Shown piece after piece: positions 46,613-58,899 of a stretch of 64,000 nucleotides of DNA; the stretch's first letter is position 1, and every line of letters starts with the position of its first letter. Under the pieces are notes generated by a model. That model made no database searches and was not told where the DNA came from. It saw nothing but the letters and a program-made list of their open reading frames with translations. Source of the stretch: Albugo candida (Eukaryota); assembly GCA_040437565.1 (NCBI GenBank), contig JBDOQK010000042.1:124001-188000 (forward strand). Direction: 5' to 3'. A program made the position numbers and the translations under genes.

Positions 46613-48343
46613 ATGGAAAGAAGTGTGGCACCGTCGCTTTCCACCACACAAGAAAACGGTTTTTTAGACTCCGTTGTTCCCGGACATACCTTACTTCACT
46701 CACATTCATTCGACATTGCTCCGTGTGACTCACACCTCACGCGAGACCGGATTTCACCTTCATGCAACATGAAATCCGCGTCTAAAACGGGAAGCAGTCA
46801 CCTCAGCAGTTGTTGCTGCAATGAAAATTGCGGCTCAGCAATATATACCGATAGTCTTCCTCCACGAAGGAGTCTCAGCCTTCAATTTTCCTCAAATGAT
46901 GGCTCACAGCCAGTGTATCAGGCAAAAGTGCCATCCAACAAAACAGAGGTCGTTGAAATTGTAGCAGAACAAAGCTGGCTGATCACAAAACTATCATTTC
47001 AATTGCTTTGGGCGTTGCGTATGTCCAGCCGATGGATCGTTTGCTTCCTTCGTCTTGTTTGTTTTGTCATTTGCCTCCTACCAGCGTTCCTCAAAATCCT
47101 CCATTACCTCATCACCAGCCCTCACGTCTATTTAAACCTCATATACGGTTTGGAAGGTCGTAACCTCCTCGACGTGTATGTTGTTCCAACCGATGATCCG
47201 GTCGTGCATGCAGCCAGCGAAGCCGCTGTTCAAAAGATCCGTCGAAAGCGATCCGAGTCCACCGACCCGCCACCATCTCAGTCAACTGGTCAAAGTAAGT
47301 ACGCATCATTGCCAAAGCATCCTGTGGTCGTCCTCTTCTCGGGAGGTGCGTGGATCATCGGTTATAAAGGCTGGGGCGCACTTATCGGCAAGGTTTTATC
47401 TCGTTACGGCGTCGTTGTCGTAACCCCAGACTATCGTAACTTTCCTCAAGGAACATTGCCTCAAATGATCGATGATGTCACACTCGCAATGCAGTGGGTC
47501 TTTGATAACATTCAACGTTTCGGTGGCGACCCAGAAAATGTCACTGTGATGGGACAATCTGCTGGGGCACATTTAGCAATGTGCGCAATGCTGGAGCGGC
47601 TCGAAGTGCAACGTATGCGTGCGAAAACATGCACTACCGCCATGTTAGTGTCACAATCGATACAATCGGACGTAAGCAGCGGCCATCGATCGCCGAATCG
47701 ATCCGTCCTGCATCATTGCACCACAAACGTACCACAAGCTGTGATTCGATGGGAACTGTCCCAAATTCGAAGCTTTATTGGCGTATCAGGAGCATACAAC
47801 ATCGGCGCTTGCTTAGAACCGTTCCATCGTCACGGGTTCGATAAGAGATTGGTGGAACGTATAATGGATCATCGTAGCGAGCATTACTCGCCAACACTTC
47901 GTTTTCAAAAACTCTACAATCAGCAAATTGTATGTCTGACATCAAAGGAGTGCGAAATGGGCATTGAAAGCGATGTGGAAATTGAAGTTTCTGAAGTTGG
48001 AGAGGAAATAGAGCCAACACTCCAACTGTATTTTCCGCCTTGTTTTTTGTTTCATGGAACGAAAGATAAGACTGTGCATTGGAGTTCCACCAAACAACTT
48101 GCACAATCACTTAAGTCATGTGGTGTGATGGTGGAAACAAAATACTTTAGGGGGAAAACGCATACGGATCCAATTGTTGAAGATCCAATTGTCGGAGATG
48201 ATTTTTTGCTCGAATTCGTCATGCGGATTTTGAGAGAGCATACAAGAGGTGGTAGTGTCGACGCCGAAGGATTTTTGAAGCCATCCGAACGATACTACCC
48301 CGCGTGGCTCATTCGACTTGCCCGCTACTTGAATCCTTTCTAA
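46613..48343 (+). CDS. Isoprenylcysteine alpha-carbonyl methylesterase (ICME/PCME)-like alpha/beta hydrolase
   Basis: SGGAWIIGYKGWG, PDYRNFPQG, GGDPENVTVMGQSAGAH, FHGTKDKTV and GKTHTD; ends NPF. Confidence 0.88.
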   Translation: MERSVAPSLSTTQENGFLDSVVPGHTLLHSHSFDIAPCDSHLTRDRISPSCNMKSASKTGSSHLSSCCCNENCGSAIYTDSLPPRRSLSLQFSSNDGSQPVYQAKVPSNKTEVVEIVAEQSWLITKLSFQLLWALRMSSRWIVCFLRLVCFVICLLPAFLKILHYLITSPHVYLNLIYGLEGRNLLDVYVVPTDDPVVHAASEAAVQKIRRKRSESTDPPPSQSTGQSKYASLPKHPVVVLFSGGAWIIGYKGWGALIGKVLSRYGVVVVTPDYRNFPQGTLPQMIDDVTLAMQWVFDNIQRFGGDPENVTVMGQSAGAHLAMCAMLERLEVQRMRAKTCTTAMLVSQSIQSDVSSGHRSPNRSVLHHCTTNVPQAVIRWELSQIRSFIGVSGAYNIGACLEPFHRHGFDKRLVERIMDHRSEHYSPTLRFQKLYNQQIVCLTSKECEMGIESDVEIEVSEVGEEIEPTLQLYFPPCFLFHGTKDKTVHWSSTKQLAQSLKSCGVMVETKYFRGKTHTDPIVEDPIVGDDFLLEFVMRILREHTRGGSVDAEGFLKPSERYYPAWLIRLARYLNPF

Positions 48344-48512
48344 CGGAAAACAATGTTGAGACGGGAGTAATACGTACCGATTTTTTGGTCTTGGACTGCC
48401 TAAATGATTGTGAATACACATGTTTGACTACTACTTATATTATGCGATGGACGCAATTTGTTCAGATCCAATAATTCATATAATGTAATATAAGCATGTT
48501 TATGTTTTGAAA

Positions 48513-51500
48513 TTATCGTTTTTGATGATTAATGAATTGTAATGCAAGCAACGCGAAAAGACGGAAAATGCCAATGAATATGATTAAGTATCCAAAGTAC
48601 GCACCAACGTTTTCGTACGACATATTGAAAACCTCCTGCACATACTCTTTCGCAGTGATAGTCCCAAGAACTGGAGGTGTATTCTCCACAATCTGACACC
48701 CGAAATCGGATGGTTTTTTGCATTTCCCAAACACCGTCGATACAACAATGGATAAGGCGTAGCGATATGGTACAATATGGTACAGCCACCTGTATCCTGA
48801 TGGGACAGAGTTTCCCGGTGGACTAAATCCCATGAATAAAAAGCAAATCGTATTGAAAAGTGTTCCCAGCAACGCAGCCACCGCCACACTTGGTAATGCG
48901 TACGCGAAGAATTGACCAATATACGAAGATAACAGCACATGACATGCAACTGCAAGCCAAAACACAACGCCGGAAGCAAAACCTTGAAGTCCAACCATTG
49001 GATAAAATATAAGGGTAAAAACCAATGTACTGAACAGCACATGCGGAATTTCAGCCACTGTTGAGCCAACAAAGTACCATACCGCGCTGTATGTTTGTGA
49101 TGCTCGTTCTCGATAAAAGGAGTTCCGTTCGGATATGGCGATTGGAAGTACACTGTTGAATGATACGACTCCCGCAAATACCGTAGCCATATACAGCATA
49201 CCCAACGCGGAATTGACTTGTTGATATGTTCGATAATTGGAAGATACAAAAATCAACCCAAATAGAAGCGCCAAGATAATGAAAACGATAATTCGGGTCA
49301 AGTTGTACGATGGTGTCCTCCAATACAAGACCAAAAAGCGATGTGTGACATATACACATTGAGTCCATTGGTTCGATGCTTGGTGACTGGAATACTGCAA
49401 AACTTGTCCAGACGTACGTATGGCCGCCTTGTCCAGTTCTACATCCATCAACTTCTTCAACTCACTCGTTTTGAACTCTTCTACAATTCCACTCTGATTA
49501 TGTACGTCATGACCAACACCCGCACCGATACATTCCAACATCCAAGTGGCCGGATTATAACCTTCTGTGATTGGTGGAATTCCGGGGATTGCTTCAAAAT
49601 ACTCAATCAGATCACGACATGAGTCGCCCAATGGTCCAAAGTATACCGTTTCTCCACCACGTTTCAATAGTAACAAATTATCGAATATGCTAAAAACTTC
49701 GTAAGAAGGTTGATGTATAGTACACACAACAGTCCGACCGGAATCTGCCACTTTACGAACTCCATCCATAATCAATTTAGCGGACCGCGCATCTAATCCG
49801 CTGGTTGGTTCATCCAGAAATAGAACGCTCGGTTGTGCTGCTAGTTCCACTCCTATCGTTAGACGCTTCATTTCCTCCATAGAACTCCCACGGATAATTT
49901 GATCAGCAATGGGATTCAAATTAAGCAGATCCAAACACTCTGCGACTGAGTCTAGCTTTTTGTTTTTTGGAATACTAGCTTTTTGTCTCAGCATGGTGCT
50001 AAATGTCAAAGCTTCACGAAAAGTACTTGCTTCAGAATGAATGTCCATCTGTTCGCAGTATCCCGTTGCACGGCGAATGGCTAAATCAGTAGCAACATGC
50101 CCATTGAGTAAAATCTCACCCTTGATGCGCCCACCCGTTTTTCGACCTGCAATCACATCCATCAGCGTGGTCTTACCCGCGCCTGATGAACCCATGAGTG
50201 CGGTCATTGTACCAGGTAGAGCAAACCCTGACACTCCCTTGAGTAAATCTAACCATTCTTTCGGCCTCTTGGGGTCGGGAACCGTATACCATAAATTACG
50301 AAATACTAGTGACACAGGGATAAAATGCTTCTCAGATCCAGACCCACCCGAATGATCTGCCGACCCACTTGGTTGAGCCTTTGGTGTTTGTGCCACTTGG
50401 TAGACATCAAGCTCAACATGTTCCTTTTTGTCGACCTCTAATCTGATATTGATCGGTTCGGGTACCCGTACGTATTCTAAACAAACCCACGAAAACCACA
50501 TAAACCCGGCATACACCACAAGCAAAAACGCAATGGCCCAATAGATCCAAAAAGTGTCTTTCGGGACATCAAACAGCTCCAGTGAATATTCGCTAAAATT
50601 ACGTCCATACAAAGTGCAATAATCAATGCCACTGTACACACATACATGAAATGATGCGTCACTGTACTGAAGAACTGCTAGCCCACGTAAAGCCCACGCG
50701 ATCGGATTCAGCCAATACAACCAAATTAGATATTTGGGCATGCTGTTTCTCAATATTACAAATCCCGCAAATAGAATGAATATCAAAATGGAAACCATAG
50801 AAAGCGGTTTGGCGATACTCAAGTTGGGTGCAGCCATCGAGAGAAAGAAAAACCAAGCCGCAAACGCCATATTTGCCAGAAATAAAATCACCAAAAAGAG
50901 AATAAAATCTCTTGCGGAAGGAAACAAACCGCCCATCCAATAGAAAACTGTTCCAAATACAATCGATTCCAATAACGCCAAAGGGAATTGACTCGCAGAA
51001 TTGGATAAGACAAAAGCACTCGTTCGATAAAAATTAGCATCACGTTGTTTATAAAAAATCTCCCGTGAGGCAGTGTACGTGGCAATCTGAGTCGCTTGAC
51101 CTAATGCTAGGAACAAAAGGCCGCTAAATAAAAATCCCATCACCAATTGAATGGCTGCGGGATCCAAATGTATGTATGCTGACCCATAGATGAGCGCCAT
51201 CATAATGACCATAACCGATCGACCGCGCAGAAAAGCTTTATTTCGAAATGTCAACATCCATTGACGGCGTATAAGTGTCACCAGATTCTCTCTGAAAGTT
51301 TGCTGGAATTCCGGCATCTTACTCATATCTTCCTTCGCAACCCGCGCCAAATGTTCTGAGACCGGCGCGTTCAGATCAGACGTGATTTTTTTGTAGTATT
51401 CTGATTCTTCAAATAATTCAGCAAATTGAGCCGGCGTTCGAGGCACACCATCATGTAATTCATATTCTCGTTGCTGTTGCGTCCCAAGATCTAATAAGAA

Positions 51501-52559
51501 ATCTGCTGGATCACGATGCGGTGGAGATCGAAATCCTAGTTTTTCAAAGTACTCAATTGCTTCGACTCGTGGTCCTTGATACATCACATGCGAGTCGTTT
51601 AGAAGAATCAGATTGTCAAATAAGTCAAAAACTTGCGGTGGAGGTTGTAACAATGCAATCATAACAGTTCTAGACATTGTCCGTGCCAAACTTGACTGAT
51701 ATTTGATGATATCGTACGTGGAAGCACTGTCAAGCCCGGTGCTAATTTCATCCATCAGGTACACATTCTTTAGACCAAACTGCATCTCACCCATGGTCAC
51801 GCGCTTCCGCTCGCCACCGGAGACACCGCGAAGCATCGCATTACCGACTATTGTGTCCTGACAATTTCCAAGTCCCAACTGATTGATTACTAGTTCCGGC
51901 ATGTGGGTGGCGACATATTGTAAAATCTCTCTAGCGGTATTATTTTGTTCGTCCGTGCCATTGCTGATACGACTTGCCGTCTGCTTGACAATGTTCGAGT
52001 CACAGAACGCATGAGCAAAGTCAAACGTTTCCTTAACGGTTAACGTTGGAAAATGTTTATCGCTTTGTGTGACATAAGACGCAAATTGAGGCATTTGTTT
52101 GCGTAGTTTACTGTGTTCCACACCATTATAAGTCACTGTGCCCGTGAGTTGCATGTTTTTGGTGGTTTCAAATCGTCCACTTAGATACTTCATCAACGTT
52201 GATTTCCCGGATCCTGGCTGCCCAAGAAGTAGGGTCATTGTACCAGGACGAAAAACGCCGTTGAAATCTGATAAAATGCGCTTATGGTACGCTTGGCGCT
52301 TCACGCAAAGCAGCATCATGAGTCTCTGCTTTACGACATTCCATAATGTTGGAAGTTCGGGTGTCGTGTCAGGTCGAATATTCAGATCGGCTCCGATTGA
52401 TAAATGCTCAACACGTATTTCTATTTGGGGAAGCGCGCGGCCGAAAGCGCTCTCCAACTGCTTGACGAAGAATTTATGGCGCTCTCCGTGCTCCCAATCG
52501 GCCCATTTTTTTGACCCGTCTGGTGGTGAGTGATTGATTTCCTCGGAACAGGCAATCAT
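48513..52559 (-). CDS. Full-size ABCG / pleiotropic drug resistance (PDR) transporter
   Basis: NBD-TMD-NBD-TMD layout: GQPGSGKST, VSGGERKRV, MDEISTGLDS, GSSGAGKTT, GYCEQMDIH and LDEPTSGLD. Confidence 0.97.
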   Translation of the reverse strand: MIACSEEINHSPPDGSKKWADWEHGERHKFFVKQLESAFGRALPQIEIRVEHLSIGADLNIRPDTTPELPTLWNVVKQRLMMLLCVKRQAYHKRILSDFNGVFRPGTMTLLLGQPGSGKSTLMKYLSGRFETTKNMQLTGTVTYNGVEHSKLRKQMPQFASYVTQSDKHFPTLTVKETFDFAHAFCDSNIVKQTASRISNGTDEQNNTAREILQYVATHMPELVINQLGLGNCQDTIVGNAMLRGVSGGERKRVTMGEMQFGLKNVYLMDEISTGLDSASTYDIIKYQSSLARTMSRTVMIALLQPPPQVFDLFDNLILLNDSHVMYQGPRVEAIEYFEKLGFRSPPHRDPADFLLDLGTQQQREYELHDGVPRTPAQFAELFEESEYYKKITSDLNAPVSEHLARVAKEDMSKMPEFQQTFRENLVTLIRRQWMLTFRNKAFLRGRSVMVIMMALIYGSAYIHLDPAAIQLVMGFLFSGLLFLALGQATQIATYTASREIFYKQRDANFYRTSAFVLSNSASQFPLALLESIVFGTVFYWMGGLFPSARDFILFLVILFLANMAFAAWFFFLSMAAPNLSIAKPLSMVSILIFILFAGFVILRNSMPKYLIWLYWLNPIAWALRGLAVLQYSDASFHVCVYSGIDYCTLYGRNFSEYSLELFDVPKDTFWIYWAIAFLLVVYAGFMWFSWVCLEYVRVPEPINIRLEVDKKEHVELDVYQVAQTPKAQPSGSADHSGGSGSEKHFIPVSLVFRNLWYTVPDPKRPKEWLDLLKGVSGFALPGTMTALMGSSGAGKTTLMDVIAGRKTGGRIKGEILLNGHVATDLAIRRATGYCEQMDIHSEASTFREALTFSTMLRQKASIPKNKKLDSVAECLDLLNLNPIADQIIRGSSMEEMKRLTIGVELAAQPSVLFLDEPTSGLDARSAKLIMDGVRKVADSGRTVVCTIHQPSYEVFSIFDNLLLLKRGGETVYFGPLGDSCRDLIEYFEAIPGIPPITEGYNPATWMLECIGAGVGHDVHNQSGIVEEFKTSELKKLMDVELDKAAIRTSGQVLQYSSHQASNQWTQCVYVTHRFLVLYWRTPSYNLTRIIVFIILALLFGLIFVSSNYRTYQQVNSALGMLYMATVFAGVVSFNSVLPIAISERNSFYRERASQTYSAVWYFVGSTVAEIPHVLFSTLVFTLIFYPMVGLQGFASGVVFWLAVACHVLLSSYIGQFFAYALPSVAVAALLGTLFNTICFLFMGFSPPGNSVPSGYRWLYHIVPYRYALSIVVSTVFGKCKKPSDFGCQIVENTPPVLGTITAKEYVQEVFNMSYENVGAYFGYLIIFIGIFRLFALLALQFINHQKR

Positions 52560-52575
52560 AAGAGGAAAAGAAAAA

Positions 52576-52591
52576 GTAAAATTGAAAGTGA
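52576..52591 (-). promoter_or_regulatory. INR-FPR-like element upstream of the PDR gene
   Basis: Minus strand TCACTTTCAATTTTAC lies just upstream of the ATG; spacing is one base short of consensus. Confidence 0.4.
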
Positions 52592-54269
52592 TTAACCGCT
52601 TTGGTCGTGCGACTAAAAAAACAATTGGAAAAGACCGTTACAATTGGAAAAGTCCGTTTCACGTCGTAAGAACAGTAAACGATAGACTTGATTCTATAAA
52701 AGTCAGAAGATGGGAAAGATTGATTAGTCAATGTTCAATATCCACTTTGTATAATATATCTTAGCGATCTCATGTGCAGTACTGTAAAGGTTAAGCGCGC
52801 TATAAATAACTGATCCGCATGAGTGATCAGTTGACAATCCATGCGTATTCTTTTTGAATGAGAATTAAGAATCTGATTGCTCAGCGTAAACCCTATACTC
52901 GATTTAAAAGAAACTATAATAAGAAGGATAATAGCTTGTGATTGGATCACTAAACTGATCACATTACCTGATCTTCGATAATGTAATATGATTATTAAAC
53001 TGATTACATATGATGACGTGATATCTAAAGAAACTAAAGATTTTGCTGTAATCAAATTGTGTTTCTTCTATTGAGTTAGGTAAAGTGCAGCTATGCCAGC
53101 TGCTTATTTAGGCACCGCGATTCTCAACCCAACCATACATTCACAGATGCCCCGAGTTAAGTCATCTTTAGAATTCTTGATTAATTAGACACGCGGTAAA
53201 CGGTGTCATAGATATTTCAGCACGGCCATTTTTCTCTCGATCTGATATTGTGTTGTACCACACTATCTCTATATGTCTATGAACTTGACTAAGAGTAAGA
53301 AAAGTAAAATAGCGAAGCGTAATAAGCATTGCAAAGTCAAGCATTGAATATATAATTTGCTTTCTATTGTACCTACAATATTGCAACATCCAGCAAAAGT
53401 CGGAATATAACACAATTTACAATAGAACCAATATCAACTCTGATTACACGTTCCACACGTTACATTAGGATTGCATCTCACCTAGAATCAGGTAATTCCT
53501 GTTCCAATCGAAAACAGTGTGTCACGCACTCTAATAATCTCTGGCTCCTGAATTTCCTTTACATGCGTTGTATCTAAAAAAGACTTTGCGATCAAATTTC
53601 CAATTGGAAGAGTGCGCTTATTACTCAATAGGAATCTAACTGTCGATATGAAACCGTTCACTTTACCTTTACTTGCTATTCGGTATTCAGCTCAAATACA
53701 GCTACAACACGGATGTCACTGTCTTGAAATGTTACAAAGTAGCAGAAAGCCTCCTGTCCTTCCACGAAATGGGAGCTTCCCAGATTGATCATCCTCTAGT
53801 ACCTTGGGAATTAGCTGATCTTCGAAGGATACCTGTGACAAGTTTTATCGGAGATTATAGCACATTTTGACACAAATGGTGGCTTCCATGTATAAATTCG
53901 TATCATCCGATTACGGCTGAAGTAGTAAGTATGCGCAGAATCAGCGACAACAGCCGACGTTCTTTGGTGGAGAGAAATTCTTCTTTAAAAAAGGAAGAGT
54001 AGTAAGAAGAGATATGAAATCGAACCGGAATTAAGGAGGCGTCCGATGTGATTTCGGAGAGAAGTATGATGGTAAGTAGGCTTATACAATCCCGACTAGC
54101 ATTTTTGACATTGGCTTTCTCAAAGCTAAAAAATGTTCATACTGTATTTTCCTTTTGTATCGGGCATTGGGAAGAAGAGATTGCTTCTTCATTCAGAATG
54201 TGAGACTTGATCAAAGGGTCTATCAGTAAAGATTCATCTGTGATTGCCTTACAATCGAAACAGATTAAA

Positions 54270-56440
54270 TGGCTATGAATAGGAGATACATCCAGCATCG
54301 ACCGCTTCTATTTACTTCCACCTCTCCACTCGTGCATTTTGCTTTTGCTTGATTTTTGCTGGATCTGTCATGCAGCAACCTATGACGCTTTGTTGGCAGG
54401 GAATGGCTTTGTACCAACCAGGTTGGTACAGGTAGCTCGAACAAATCATTTTAGTCAGATCAAGTCTCGATACACTGACATATCTGGCTCGTTCTCACTC
54501 CACACTGGCAGAACACCTTTAAACTTATTGCAACAAAGAAAGACAATGCACTTTCGCAGTCAGAAATTGTCGAAAAACAGAATCAAGAGGAATTCACTCT
54601 TTCTTGCTTCACTAGAAAGATGGAAAAAGCCTCGCATGGAAAATAGATCTAAGGAACATTGATGACTGCGACAGTGATAGTTTTAAATGAAGATATGTAT
54701 CGTAATCTCGGAATAGTTCTCTGGGAAGAATACAATTACGTTCAACCATTGAGACGCTTGCTTCCCTCAGATCGCAACATGGGCTTGGAAATCACATCGA
54801 CAGAGGATCTTGTTGATTTTGCAAAATTTGCGCTCGCAAGTGTCATATCGATGAGAGGTACCGAGGAAAAGAGCAAGCAAAAAGTCGAGACATTAAACAA
54901 TGAGTAGAGTTGCCTCGATTCCTGGGACGGACGGTCCATATATAAAAATCTCCCGATGATAATTCTCAATTGATTACATCGCAGATAACGTGAAGAAGCG
55001 CTGTGAAGGTATCTACTGTCCACGTTTGGCTACATTTTTCAAAGCAACTTGTCTCCGATTGGACCTAGTCTTCCCCAGACAACAAGATTACCTGCAAATG
55101 CTAGGCAACACGCTGCAAACATTCCTATCAAAGCAGAAGCTTGAAGAGAAGCCTCACTTCTACAAATAGCAACTTTGAACACTCGGCACAACAATATCTG
55201 ATGATTTCTTATGAAGGAACGGATATCATAGAATTCGCGATACGAGCATTACAAAACGACAGAACTGAACATAAACAAGTTCCAGTGTGTGAAAGTCAGC
55301 ATTGTTTTATCGAAACCGAGAAAGTGCCTGCGCTTCATTTCTAAGGAAACGAGGTCCGTCATTTTATTGACGGACGTGACTTACACGGAGATGATACTCC
55401 TTCTCGTGGATACTTCACATCCCAGAGAAAGTATTTTTAAATGCGAATTCAAAATAATTGGCTTTTTAGGATCGTATCTGCAGACAAACGTATTTGCGAC
55501 GTATATCTCGAAGCAACCCGACGTACTACCCTGCAATGAGAAGCCATTTCTTTTGTCACGAATGTGTCTTCTGTTTTACGAGATGAAATTCACAACACAA
55601 GTACTCACAGCAGGTGTCATGTTCGCTTACGAGCAGAAGACCAGAAGTTATTGTTGCATAGATCAATTACTGTGAGCGGGAAAAGTTCTGTGTCAAAGTA
55701 CAACGATTAACTGAATCAATTTGTGCCCAGCATGAAACGTATAGGGAAGCTCCGTCTACCACTATTGTTGAATCTATCACAAACGAACTATGGCCACCTT
55801 CTAATGCGGCTCCGACAATTTTGAGAAACGAGCGATTCTACTTGTCAGATTTGAGGTCAAGGAAGCACTTGGTTGTGTCAGCTGTCTACTAATGTTTTCT
55901 GAAGTCTTTTTTTGTGGGCACAGGAGACACCGTCAAAGTCCGGCTATTTGTGGATGACGCAAAACCACAAGAATGTCATCCAGTCATGTCTGAAGAAGCA
56001 TGCTCAAAGTTGACGTGTCAGCAAAGCGACAAGCATCTCCAACCGGGAAACATGCTTCCATTATGCAGTGACGATATTAAAATATTCGGACTCGTCAACG
56101 ATAAACGTCAAGTCGCATGATAGGAAGATTTTGCGTATCANNNNNNNNNNNNNNNNNNNNNNNNNNNNNNNNNNNNNNNNNNNNNNNNNNNNNNNNNNNN
56201 NNNNNNNNNNNNNNNNNNNNNNNNNNNNNNNNNNNNNNNNGCTATTTGTGGATGACGCAAAACCACAAGAATGTCATCCAGTCATGTCTGAAGAAGCATG
56301 CTCAAAGTTGACGTGTCAGCAAAGCGACAAGCATCTCCAACCGGGAAACATGCTTCCATTATGCAGTGACGATATTAAAATATTCGGACTCGTCAACGAT
56401 AAACGTCAAGTCGCATGATAGGAAGATTTTGCGTATCAAA
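54270..56440 (+). pseudogene. Decayed gene of unknown family, paralogous to 58900-60300
   Basis: 55770-56072 aligns by eye with 59985-60295 (gaactatggcc, ggctat..tggatgacgcaa..cac.agaatgtcat, ttccattatgcagtga); fragmented ORFs with xxCL motifs. Boundaries approximate. Confidence 0.4.
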
Positions 56441-57406
56441 CGAAGATACGGTATCGTAGTCTTTTCAATCTGATACAATAGTCGAAAGTGTGAGCACTTG
56501 TTCATTTGGTCTTGTAAAGTTTTATTCTACTAGGTGCATGTCTGCTAAGATAAATGGTAAATAGCTGAAACATGCTCAAAACCCATGCAGATCTTAACAT
56601 TTGGATGGGTGTCGGCTTGGGAAAAGTCAAAAACTACTCCAATTCGAATGGTGGTCCTATGCTTTTACCGTGAGACGTCCGTCTACAATTGTTGACGTAG
56701 AAGTATCTAGATGATATTTGTAGCCATGTGATCACTAATTCTACGTAATGTGGCTGTGGTGATTTTCGACGGATTCAAATTGAATAATAAAAGTACTAAT
56801 GCGGCTGGTTAATCGCTCTAATTATGTTGACCAGACTATGCGGTGTGATCTATCGTCAAATATCGTCATGTAAGCGGTAAGAACTTCTTGCAACAACTTC
56901 AGTCCTGACACTCACAACATGGCTACCATCAAATGACTTGTGTTCACGTATCGATGATGCAAAGTTGCTAAAACACAAGTAAGCGTGGGAATGGGCGATA
57001 ATCTACCTTGATTACATGGAGGGAGCAAGTATCATAGGGCGCGCACCCTCCAAAATATTCCATTCGACAATGTCGATGAATTAAGAAAGCAAAATTTGCT
57101 CAAGAAAATCGCAGAATAATTTATCAACGTAATCAGCTATATAGATAGATTTCGAATGACGTCACGGAATTGTGTTCGTTTTAGCGTCAGCGTATTAGAA
57201 TCCATCAAGCAAAATTTGGAGCATACATCAAGCACGAGTGCATTCTGACTAGCTCATCTGAATGGCTTTTGTAAGCAGGCAATCTTAAAACGATTCTAAA
57301 GTATATTCAGATGTTCAGTGTATCAATTGTACGTTGTTTTGCGGCAAAGCGCATTACGTGAGTTTCTACTTTGATATTACTCTGTGTCCGAGAATATGAG
57401 AGGAAG

Positions 57407-57837
57407 TTACGTAGCGAGCGTATGTGATATGCGCGAAATAACAAAAGCTTCGTTTGATGTACATGCCCCTCCTTCACAGTAGCCATCAAGTGGTGGAATA
57501 AAGTCGAAATCGCATTTTCCACCGTCACACGATACGATTTTCGATTGTATGAACACACAGGCGCCGCCATCACAGTGCGCTTCCTCACAAGCACTTGCAT
57601 GGCATATCAATGAATTGAAAAGAAATGTTAAATATGAGGAAATACGTACCAGAAAGAGCAGTAGCCACCGTCGCATGTGACAACACTGTCACAATTTACG
57701 TAGTCGCATCGTCCAGTAAGACAGGTTCGATCTATGCACGGTGTGAAGGTGAGATTAAAATGATGGTCAAGCGTGAATGTGGACCCGCCCATGAATGAGT
57801 ACATAAGCATCGATATCCACATGAAGAGACGGAGCAT
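57407..57837 (-). CDS. 124-aa small secreted cysteine-rich protein with CxGGxC repeats; exons 57837-57650 and 57593-57407
   Basis: Hydrophobic N-terminus; a 56-nt GTACGT...CAAG intron joins the two ORFs in frame; repeats CLTGRC, CDGGYC, CDGGAC, CDGGKC and CEGGAC. Confidence 0.82.
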
Positions 57838-58149
57838 CCGTTGCGTCGCGTATCAATTTGTAAAGAAATACATGGGACCAGCCGCTCTGTACCGGATTCT
57901 ACAGGATCGATTGTACAGTACCCTTTCAATAAGATTGTCGCTTTCTAAATCTATTTCTTAGATCCAATCAAACGCATTTCAACCACAGTTACACAACCAT
58001 CTTCCGCTCAATGCCTCTCAAACTTTCAAGACTTGTTCGGGTGCATATGACGAAGTGTTTTCCTAAAAATAAACGATATTGATTAAATTTTAGACATTTA
58101 TTAATATTGGAGTGTGGTTTATGCTACCAACGAAATGATCCACCATATG

Positions 58150-58560
58150 AAGCAAGGAGTCTTGAATGCTGCCTTGAAGGGCGTCGACTAATCTTTGCAA
58201 CCAATCTTCATCTATCTTGGACCAAACACCTCGGATTTGTTGCCACAATTTCTTCTTCATTCCACATATGTTCTACTGGGTTCATGTCTGGGGAAGTTGA
58301 TGGCCGAGTCAACTTTGCAATGACTCTTTCATCCCTCCTTTTTTAGGGGCATTGCTTCGAAGGATTGGATCGCCATCTTCCATTGACACTGGCTCATTGA
58401 TCTCACCACAAAATCTGTCTTATTCAATATCATAGACTTGTTCAACAAAGTCAATTGCTGTCCGCCAATTCCGATCCATGCGGATCAATCGACTCTTCAT
58501 TAATCCTTTAAAGGTACCTCGGACCATCACTAAAGAGCGCCCTGATTCAACGAGGACGCT
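58150..58560 (-). mobile_element. Tc1/mariner transposase remnant
   Basis: Minus strand reads SGRSLVMVRG, MEDGDP, RPSTSPDMNPVEHMWN (cf. WPxxSPDLNPIExxW) and WSKIDEDWLQRLV. Confidence 0.75.
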
Positions 58561-58899
58561 AGACAGTTTAGATTGTACCTCTCATAGGCTGTTCTCCAGA
58601 CAAGCAGCTTGCAGAAATTCTTGCCAATTTGAAAGCTGGCTTCATCTGCCCAGCAGACCGAATTTCAGACCTCCATAGTTGCATTTAGTGTTTCCGTGAA
58701 ATTTCCAAATCCAGTTTCATAAGGTCGCCTTCTTGTCAGTACAAGAGTCACTGAAGACATACTGTGCCCATGAATTAGCATGATCATTCGTAGCTAACAG
58801 CTATGACATCGTGAAACGGCATGCCAATGAAGTTTGTCGCTTCTGTCTAGTAAATGATGGAAAAGTCCCAAAGGAAAAAAGGGACTAAGCGAAATTGAT

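Noticed and set aside
1030-56438. Direct repeats flanking 100-N gaps (e.g. 1030-1163/1264-1397, 13374-13614/13715-13957, 26074-26316/26417-26658, 34061-34271/34372-34583, 36336-36477/36578-36719, 39207-39452/39553-39797, 41303-41358/41459-41514, 55945-56140/56241-56438)
   Set aside because: They are near-identical and always abut a fixed-length gap, so they are best explained as unmerged contig overlaps or haplotypes rather than real tandem duplications.
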